The translations under genes were made by a program, and so were the position numbers. Below are positions 9,630 to 16,727 of a stretch of 64,000 bases of DNA, one piece after another. The notes beneath the pieces are model-generated. The model was not told the origin of the DNA. It saw only the letters and a program-made list of their open reading frames with translations, and made no database searches. The DNA comes from Pedobacter sp. (GTDB lineage: Bacteria; Desulfobacterota; Desulfuromonadia; Desulfuromonadales; Syntrophotaleaceae): positions 1,064,679-1,128,678 of the forward strand of contig JBFWJC010000001.1 of assembly GCA_050253415.1 (NCBI GenBank). Reading direction: 5' to 3'. Position 1 is the first letter of the stretch; each line of letters opens with the position of its first letter.

Positions 9630-9798
9630 ATGGCTGGGAGGCTATGTCCAGAAAAGCCTTGTCTGGCCTGTTCTGCTGTGTTAAACGAAAGGCCGCTGCG
9701 GCGGTGCCATCAATTCAGTTTGTCAGGCACTGCCGGTCATTTTCGACCAAGCCGCCAATCCCAATATCCTTCCGGTTTGTCGTCCAGGAGATTCTTTT

Positions 9799-12756
9799 AT
9801 GGCTCAATGTGAATATCGCGTAGGTGACCGACAGCACGGATTCGTAGTGACTTCAGTGTCGCCTTTACCGGAGCTGCACGCAACCTTGGTGCAGTTGCAT
9901 CATGAGCGCACCGGCGCCCGTCTGGTACACCTCGACCGGGACGATGACAATAACCTGTTCGGGGTCGGATTTCGTACTACCCCGCAGGATTCCACTGGTG
10001 TGGCACATATCCTTGAACATACCGTGTTATGCGGGTCCAAGCGTTATCCCGTGCGCGACCCTTTCTTTACCATGCTCAAGCGCAGTCTCAGCAGCTTCAT
10101 GAATGCGCTGACGGCGAGCGATTGGACCTGCTACCCTTTTTCATCTCAGAACCAGGCCGATTTTTACAACCTGATGGGGATTTACCTCGATGCGGCATTT
10201 TTCCCGCTTTTGCGGGAACGGGATTTCCGTCAGGAGGGGCATCGCCTTGAATTCACCGATCCGGCTGACGGCGATTCGCCCCTGCAGTTCAAGGGGGTGG
10301 TTTATAACGAGATGAAGGGTGCCATGGCCGATCCTTCTTCGTTGCTGCATCGACGCCTGACCCGGGCCCTTTACCCGACCGTAACCTACGGATTCAATTC
10401 CGGCGGCGAACCGGCCGATATCCTTGATTTGACCTACGAACAACTCAAGGAGTTTCACTCTACCTATTATCACCCGGCCAACGCGTGGTTCTTCACCTAC
10501 GGCAACCTGCCGCTGGAAGGTCATCTTAAAGTCATCGAGGAGCAGGCGCTTAGCCAGTTCGGTCCGCTACAGGTCAACAGTGCCATCCCTGACGAGGTCC
10601 GTTTTCCAGAGCCTCGCAAGGTCGTGGAGACTTTCCCGGTAGATGCAGGAGAGTCGCTCGCCCGTCGTTCCATGGTCCAGTTGGCGTGGTTGACTTGTCC
10701 GGTCTCCGATCAGTTCGAACGGCTCGGCATGATGCTGTTGTCCGAATTGCTGCTTGGTAATCCGGCCGCGCCGCTGTACAAGGCCCTGCTCGATTCTGGT
10801 CTGGGGCAGAATCTTGCGCCTGGCACAGGATATCACGACGATTATCGCGAAACCTACTTTGCCGTTGGTTTGCAAGGTGCCGATCCCGAAGCCGTCGACG
10901 GTATAGAAGCTCTGGTTCTGAATACCCTGCAGGAAACCGTTCGGAATGGGTTTTCCTCTCAGCAGATTGAAGCGGCTATTCATCAACTGGAGTTCTCCTA
11001 CCGCGAGGTTAATGGGGATCAATATCCTTACGGTCTGTTATTGCTGATGCGCATGTTCGGTTCCTGGCTGCATGCTGACGATCCGGTATCGCCACTGTGT
11101 CTGGAAAAAGATCTGGTGCGTTTGCGGCAGGAACTCGCCAACGGTCCGTTTTTTGAGGATCTCATCCGTCGCCAATTGCTTGATAACGCCCATCGCGTTA
11201 CCTTGCTGCTGAAGCCCGATGCTCAGCAGAAAGAACGTGAAGAGCAATTACAGCGTTCACGTCTGGAAACCATAGAGAAGAATCTGACCGCCAGAGACCG
11301 GGAGGAACTGGTCAAACTGGGAGTAGCGCTGCAGCATGCTCAGGAGGCCCCCGAGGATCTGTCGTGTCTGCCGACTCTGGAGCTGGAAGATATCCCGTCC
11401 AGTCAGCCGCTGGTATCGTGCGAAACCTATGAACGCCAGGGAGTGCAGGTCCGCTGGTTTGAACAACCTACCAACGGGATCGGTTACTTTGCCGCCAACC
11501 TGGATATTGGTGATTTGCCGAGTGAACGGCTTAAGGATTTGCCATTGTTCTGCTCGCTTTTGACCAAAATCGGAGCGGCAGGGCACAACTATCTGGAGAT
11601 GGCAGAGCGTGTTACCGGTGCTACCGGTGGCGTGCAGGCCAGTGCTGCTATTTTTGACAGCCCTAAAAGCCTGGATGAGTTTCAGCTCGCCGTCGAACTG
11701 CGCGGCAAAGCATTGCAGCGAAATCAGCAGAAAATGTTCGAGATTCTCAGGGATTTCTGCACCGCGCCCGATTTTTCCGACTTGAAGCGTTTACATACTG
11801 TTCTGCAACAGATGAAGACCTCCCTGGAAAATTCCGTTCCCGGGTCCGGTCACAGTTATGCTTCGCGGGTTGCGGGAGGTTCCCTGACCTCCGCCGGACG
11901 TCTGCGCGAAGAATGGAGCGGTCTGCACCTGATCCGGATCGTAAAAGAACTGGCAGCCAGGCAACCGGAACAACTTGCCGAGTTCGCACAAAGCCTGCAG
12001 CATCTGGCCTCGCTGGTGTTTCGCCGTGATCGTTTGCGTTGTGCGATTACCGCCGAAGAAGCCGTTTTTAAAGAGATGGGTCCGGCCCTTGATGCATTTC
12101 TGGCGGATCTTTCCGCAGGGGATGGGATTGCGGCTGCCGCTGCAAGGCCCACCCCGTTTGAGGTAAAGGCTTCAGGTTGGTATACCGCGGTGCCGGTGTC
12201 GTACGTGGCCCGGGTCTTTCGAGCGGTTCCGCTTGAGCATCCCGATGGTGCTGCTTTAATGGTTTTGGCCAAGCTTCTGCGTGGCGGGTATCTGCATCGC
12301 GAAATTCGTGAAAAGGGTGGCGCTTACGGTGGCATGGCTAACTATGATGCCCAGGGTGGATTGTTTGCCATGCTTTCCTACCGTGATCCCCATTTGCTGC
12401 GTACTCTGGATGTATATAAGGATGCTGTCCAATGGGCGGCTGAAGGTCAGTTCGCCGCTGTTGATATTAAAGAGGCTATTCTCGGCGTGTTCAGCCAGCT
12501 TGATCGTCCCCTCTCTCCGGGGGGCAAAGGCATTCGGGAATTTCACTATCTCTTGCAGGGTTTGACGCCGGAAGCGCGGCAGGCTTTCCGGCAGCGCATC
12601 CTGGCGGTGGATGCCGCCACGATCTCCAGGGTTGCCCGGTGTTACCTGGTGGATGGTTGGGACGCCAGCGCCGTGTCGGTGGTCGCGGGGGAAGATATGT
12701 TGCAGGCCGCCAATCGTAAACTCGGTGATGCGTCACTGGTCCTGGAACGTATCTGA
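9799..12756 (+). CDS. M16C family zinc metallopeptidase (presequence protease-like)
   Basis: Inverted zincin motif HILEH, GVVYNEMKG, LHREIREKGGAYG, SYRDP. AGGAG RBS. Confidence 0.92.
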   Translation: MAQCEYRVGDRQHGFVVTSVSPLPELHATLVQLHHERTGARLVHLDRDDDNNLFGVGFRTTPQDSTGVAHILEHTVLCGSKRYPVRDPFFTMLKRSLSSFMNALTASDWTCYPFSSQNQADFYNLMGIYLDAAFFPLLRERDFRQEGHRLEFTDPADGDSPLQFKGVVYNEMKGAMADPSSLLHRRLTRALYPTVTYGFNSGGEPADILDLTYEQLKEFHSTYYHPANAWFFTYGNLPLEGHLKVIEEQALSQFGPLQVNSAIPDEVRFPEPRKVVETFPVDAGESLARRSMVQLAWLTCPVSDQFERLGMMLLSELLLGNPAAPLYKALLDSGLGQNLAPGTGYHDDYRETYFAVGLQGADPEAVDGIEALVLNTLQETVRNGFSSQQIEAAIHQLEFSYREVNGDQYPYGLLLLMRMFGSWLHADDPVSPLCLEKDLVRLRQELANGPFFEDLIRRQLLDNAHRVTLLLKPDAQQKEREEQLQRSRLETIEKNLTARDREELVKLGVALQHAQEAPEDLSCLPTLELEDIPSSQPLVSCETYERQGVQVRWFEQPTNGIGYFAANLDIGDLPSERLKDLPLFCSLLTKIGAAGHNYLEMAERVTGATGGVQASAAIFDSPKSLDEFQLAVELRGKALQRNQQKMFEILRDFCTAPDFSDLKRLHTVLQQMKTSLENSVPGSGHSYASRVAGGSLTSAGRLREEWSGLHLIRIVKELAARQPEQLAEFAQSLQHLASLVFRRDRLRCAITAEEAVFKEMGPALDAFLADLSAGDGIAAAAARPTPFEVKASGWYTAVPVSYVARVFRAVPLEHPDGAALMVLAKLLRGGYLHREIREKGGAYGGMANYDAQGGLFAMLSYRDPHLLRTLDVYKDAVQWAAEGQFAAVDIKEAILGVFSQLDRPLSPGGKGIREFHYLLQGLTPEARQAFRQRILAVDAATISRVARCYLVDGWDASAVSVVAGEDMLQAANRKLGDASLVLERI

Positions 12757-12869
12757 CCGGTAGGCCCGGTAAGCAGGCTTTTGTCTTGGGCCAAAGTGTG
12801 CTACCGTTGGTTCGGTTTTGATCCTCTTTCGGCGGGATGGTAATAAAAAATGCTAGGGAGCTCCATTTG

Positions 12870-13784
12870 ATGGAAAAATTGCTGTCCACCAAAGAAGTTG
12901 CGCAGCGTCTCAGTGTCAACGAAAAGATGGTTTACACGTTGATTACCGAAAAGGGATTGCCCGCGACCAAAATTACCGGCAAGTGGTTGTTTCCGGCCCA
13001 TCTGGTGGAGCAATGGGTCGAGAGCATGACCATCAATTATCCGACCGGGACGGCCGAGTTGCCGCACAAGAGCGGGTTGTTGATGATTGCCGGAAGCGAC
13101 GACATCCTCCTGGACCGATCGCTGTCGTTGTTCATGCAACTCAATGTCGGCTCTGTCGTATTGTTTGGTGCAATAGGGAGCCTCGGTGGGCTCAAGGCTC
13201 TGCGGGGTGGCATGTGTCATATTGCAACCAGCCACCTGGCGGAAGACAACGAAAAAGATTACAATTTCTCCTTCGCTGCCAGCGAACTTGAGGCGCTGCC
13301 GGCGGTGGTCAATTTTTGCCGTCGCGAACAAGGTCTGATTGTCGCCAAGGGGAATCCCCATGGTATCCGCAGTTGCCGAGATATCGCTGAAAAAGATCTG
13401 ACCGTGGTCAATCGGCCTCTCGGCGCCAGCACCCGCATTATTTTCGATCAACAGTTGCAGGAAGCCGGCATCAAGTCGGCCCGTATCAAAGGCTATGGTA
13501 ACGAAGTGTCTCATCACCTTGATATCGGTCTTGAAATTCTGAGCGGGCGGGCGGATATCGGTCCGGGCATCCGGCCTGCGGCCGCCCTGCTGGGGTTGGA
13601 TTTCCTGCCTTTGCGTTGGGAGCGTTTTGACCTTCTGATCCCCAAAGACTGTTTTTTTGACAAGTCCATTCAACAATTTCTGGGCATGTTGCATGAGCCT
13701 GCTTTTCAAGATCTGGCCGCCAGTCTGCCAGGATATGAATTAAATCTTTCCGGACGCATGTTGTTTCCCGGCGAGTCCCGTTGA
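12870..13784 (+). CDS. Excisionase-type HTH + periplasmic-binding-protein-like domain regulator (TaoR-like; molybdate/tungstate sensing)
   Basis: N-terminal LLSTKEVAQRLSVNEKMVYTLI...GKWLF (HTH_17-like). C-terminal GSLGGLKALRGG...REQGLIV..GNP...VNRPLGASTR resembles the PBP-like domain. Confidence 0.82.
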   Translation: MEKLLSTKEVAQRLSVNEKMVYTLITEKGLPATKITGKWLFPAHLVEQWVESMTINYPTGTAELPHKSGLLMIAGSDDILLDRSLSLFMQLNVGSVVLFGAIGSLGGLKALRGGMCHIATSHLAEDNEKDYNFSFAASELEALPAVVNFCRREQGLIVAKGNPHGIRSCRDIAEKDLTVVNRPLGASTRIIFDQQLQEAGIKSARIKGYGNEVSHHLDIGLEILSGRADIGPGIRPAAALLGLDFLPLRWERFDLLIPKDCFFDKSIQQFLGMLHEPAFQDLAASLPGYELNLSGRMLFPGESR

Positions 13785-13892
13785 TTGCCGTCCTCATGTT
13801 TTCCCCTCCCGCCTCGCAATCTTTACAAATATCGTATACTCTCAGGTAGTTAAGCCTGAAGCGATTTTAAGTAATTTGCTCAAAAAAGGCCG

Positions 13893-13922
13893 TTGACTCC
13901 GAAGCGTTGTCACTGATATGTT
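13893..13922 (+). promoter_or_regulatory. sigma70-type promoter for tupA
   Basis: TTGACT-N18-TATGTT with extended TG. Confidence 0.55.
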
Positions 13923-14029
13923 ATAGCGCAAAGTGGGATTCCCCTCATGGAAATTCTTTTTTTCATGGCGGGTTGATTATTGTTATTAACAGGGGAAAAA
14001 CATCATCACCCAAATCGAGGAGGATCAAC

Positions 14030-14836
14030 ATGAAATCAGTTTTTCGTATTCTTGGTGGCAGTCTGCTGCTGCTGGCGGTTTTTTGCACTGGTGCTATGGC
14101 TGCCGAGCATCTGAAGCTTTCTACTACCACTTCGACCGATAACTCGGGCTTGCTCAAAGCTATTTTGCCCGCATTTGAACAAAAATACGACTGCAAGGTC
14201 GATGTCATTGCCGTCGGTACCGGTAAGGCTCTCAAGATTGCCGAAAACGGCGATGTGGATGTTACCTTGGTTCATGCTCGCAGCAAAGAGGACAAGTTTG
14301 TTGATGCCGGGTTTGGCGTTAACCGCCGCGATGTCATGTATAACGACTTTGTTATTATCGGTCCCGCCAAGGATCCTGCCGGCGTTAAAACCGCCAAATC
14401 AGCCGCCGAAGCCATGAAGAAGATTGCTGCTGCCAAAGCCTTCTTTGTGTCCCGTGGTGACGATTCCGGTACCCACACTAAGGAAAAAGGTCTGTGGAAA
14501 GCCGCCGAAGTTGCTCCCAAGGGCGACTGGTACATCGAAGCCGGTCGTGGCATGGGAGAGGTTATCACCATGGCCAACGAGCGCCAGGGTTATGCCCTGA
14601 CCGACCGTGCTACCTATCTCGCTTACAAAAGCAAAATCGAACTACCGATTGTTTGTGAGGGCGACAAGGCCATGTTTAACCCCTACGGTGTGATTGCCGT
14701 TAATCCTAAATTGCATCCCCATGTCAAGTACGATCTGGCTATGGCTTTCATCGCTTACCTGACTTCCAACGAAGGCCAGAAGGCCATCAGCGATTTCAAA
14801 GTAAACGGTAATCAGCTGTTTTTTGTTTATGAATAA
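14030..14836 (+). CDS. tupA: Tungstate-binding periplasmic protein
   Basis: Signal peptide ending AMA, TTTS motif (STTTSTDNSGLL), VGTGKAL, MYNDFVIIGP, SRGDDSGTH, NPYGVI. GAGGAGG RBS. Confidence 0.88.
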   Translation: MKSVFRILGGSLLLLAVFCTGAMAAEHLKLSTTTSTDNSGLLKAILPAFEQKYDCKVDVIAVGTGKALKIAENGDVDVTLVHARSKEDKFVDAGFGVNRRDVMYNDFVIIGPAKDPAGVKTAKSAAEAMKKIAAAKAFFVSRGDDSGTHTKEKGLWKAAEVAPKGDWYIEAGRGMGEVITMANERQGYALTDRATYLAYKSKIELPIVCEGDKAMFNPYGVIAVNPKLHPHVKYDLAMAFIAYLTSNEGQKAISDFKVNGNQLFFVYE

Positions 14837-14856
14837 GCAGTGCTGGTTGTAATATT

Positions 14857-14893
14857 AACGCCCTGTCAGTTATTCTGACAGGGCGTTTTTTTT
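14857..14893 (+). terminator. Rho-independent terminator or attenuating hairpin after tupA
   Basis: AACGCCCTGTCAG-ttatt-CTGACAGGGCGTT followed by a T run. Confidence 0.85.
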
Positions 14894-14938
14894 CATGGGT
14901 GATTATTCAATGTATTCCCAATCGTCGGTGAGGGGCAC

Positions 14939-16054
14939 GTGAAAATCGGTAGTTTTGAATTCAATATGCGTGAATTGGGTGGGGCCATGGGGGATTTTGG
15001 CACCCTGTTTCCGCTGGCTATCGGCTATATCGTGGTGTGCGGGATGAATCCCGCCGGTTTGTTGGTGATGATGGGACTTGCCAATGTGGCTACCGGCCTG
15101 TTTTACCGCTTGCCGATGCCCATTGAACCGATGAAGGTCTTGGCGGTAGTGGCGATTGCTGAAAAATGGCCGCCTTCCATGGTTTATGCTTCGGCATTTT
15201 CCATGGGAGTAGTCTGGATGATCATGTCGGTCACCGGTCTAATGAGTCTGCTCGCCCGTATTACGCCTGAATCGGTGATTCGTGGCATTCAGGTGTCCCT
15301 CGGCGTCATGCTGGCTGTTCAAGCGTTACAGATGATTTCCTCCGGATGGGCTCTTGGTGTTGTGTCGATTGCAGTGGTTCTTTTATTGCGGCAGAATCGC
15401 TTTGCGCCGGCGGCGGTGGTGCTGGTGCTTATGGGGGTGGTGGTCATTTATCTCCATGGACAGTTTACGGGATTGCCTGCCCCCGCGTTCGCCTGGCCGG
15501 GAATTTACTCCTTCGATATGCAGGAGGCCTGGCAGTCGATGCTGCGCGGTGGTTTTTCCCAACTTCCGCTGACTGCAACCAATGCCGTGATCGCCACGGC
15601 GGTATTGATTCGCGGATATTGGCCCGATCGTCCTGTCTCTGAGAAAAAACTGGCTCTGAATATGGGCATTATTAATTTAGTCGTGCCGTTTTTTGGCGGA
15701 ATGCCCATGTGCCACGGCGCTGGCGGGTTGGCGGGGCAGTACTATTTCGGTGCACGTACGGGCGGTGCCAATGTGATAGAAGGAGTGATTGAAATCGGCC
15801 TGGGTTTATTTTTAGCCGGTTCGATTGCCGGTTTGTTTGCCGCATTCCCCCTGGCTATCGTGGGAGCTATGATGTTGCTGGTCGGCATCGAATTGACAAA
15901 ATGCGTAAGGGAGGTGTCCTGGGATTGGCAATTGTTTCCTACCGCACTCACTGTGATTGTTTGTCTTTGGACAAACATGGCGTATGGATTTCTTGTCGGC
16001 ATGGTGATGCATCATGGATGGAATATCCTGCGTGCTAAAGCCCCGATGTCATAA
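14939..16054 (+). CDS. MOT1-family putative molybdate/tungstate (sulfate) transporter
   Basis: Highly hydrophobic. GAMGDFGT, PMPIEPMK, LPLTATNAVIA and GMPMCHGAGGLAGQYYFGARTG are MOT1-family motifs. Confidence 0.85.
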   Translation: MKIGSFEFNMRELGGAMGDFGTLFPLAIGYIVVCGMNPAGLLVMMGLANVATGLFYRLPMPIEPMKVLAVVAIAEKWPPSMVYASAFSMGVVWMIMSVTGLMSLLARITPESVIRGIQVSLGVMLAVQALQMISSGWALGVVSIAVVLLLRQNRFAPAAVVLVLMGVVVIYLHGQFTGLPAPAFAWPGIYSFDMQEAWQSMLRGGFSQLPLTATNAVIATAVLIRGYWPDRPVSEKKLALNMGIINLVVPFFGGMPMCHGAGGLAGQYYFGARTGGANVIEGVIEIGLGLFLAGSIAGLFAAFPLAIVGAMMLLVGIELTKCVREVSWDWQLFPTALTVIVCLWTNMAYGFLVGMVMHHGWNILRAKAPMS

Positions 16055-16080
16055 CTGGCGCGTGACCAGAGAATGATGCT

Positions 16081-16112
16081 TATCTTGCCATCATGGATGG
16101 CCAAGATATAAT
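16081..16112 (+). promoter_or_regulatory. Promoter overlapped by an inverted repeat
   Basis: TTGCCA-N16-TATAAT, with dyad TATCTTG-CCATC-atg-GATGG-c-CAAGATA. Confidence 0.6.
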
Positions 16113-16160
16113 ACTATAGTGAGGCTCGGTCATAGGCACTCAACGGAAAGGAGAAAGGAC

Positions 16161-16358
16161 ATGCGCGTTCAAGACGGTGATGTATTTGTTGCTAAAGCGG
16201 GTGAGTATGACGTAGAGTTGACCGTGACCAAGGTCTGCAAAGGGGACGTTTGCTGGACGGAATGCGACGCGGATCTGGCCTGTAACGGTCTACCAATGGT
16301 GCCCGTTTCAGCCGGAGCGCGGTTGTCCGAACGCCGCCCTGATCGAAAGGGGCTGTGA
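16161..16358 (+). CDS. Small Cys-rich hypothetical protein (65 aa)
   Basis: Strong RBS (AAGGAGAAAGGAC), own promoter and terminator, sequence ...VCKGDVCWTECDADLACNGLPM... Confidence 0.7.
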   Translation: MRVQDGDVFVAKAGEYDVELTVTKVCKGDVCWTECDADLACNGLPMVPVSAGARLSERRPDRKGL

Positions 16359-16441
16359 TCGATAATCGGTATGCAACGGTTTGATGATGATTGAACGCAG
16401 TTACCTTGTTTGAACAGTGGGTCCCCCTGTCCAGCTATGTT

Positions 16442-16469
16442 GCCGCACCTTCGGGTTGCGGTTTTTTTT
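16442..16469 (+). terminator. Rho-independent terminator
   Basis: GCCGCACC-TTCG-GGTTGCGGT followed by a T run (cUUCGg loop). Confidence 0.8.
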
Positions 16470-16727
16470 GTCTTCGGGGCATACGACGTCATACGCGCAT
16501 CGTGACTACAGGAAGGCATTGTAAAACAATTTGATAATACATCGCTTTGCGTGACAACGAGTGAAAATTGGTTTATAAAGTGGTGCGGACTTTGCAGAAT
16601 AAAAATTAATCGCCCTATTTTAATCGGGCCTTGTCTTTTCTTTAGCCGTAACGTATTTGTGGTGAAATTGAAGTTTGCTTTATTGGCTTTATTTAAATTG
16701 TAAATCACAGGTTCCGGGAGTGGTCGC

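Noticed and set aside
13895..13970. Canonical Moco riboswitch (CTCCGAAGCG...ACTGATATGT resembles its 5' part)
   Set aside because: The same bases fit a -35/-10 promoter better, and the 3' consensus is absent. Kept only as a leader hypothesis.
16356..16420. Possible selenocysteine readthrough of the small protein's TGA
   Set aside because: No convincing bacterial SECIS hairpin just downstream, and another TGA follows after 11 codons.
16480..16727. c-di-GMP-I riboswitch upstream of the EAL gene (ACGCAAAGC on the minus strand)
   Set aside because: Lacks the GGCAAA/P2 GNRA elements and is in the wrong orientation.
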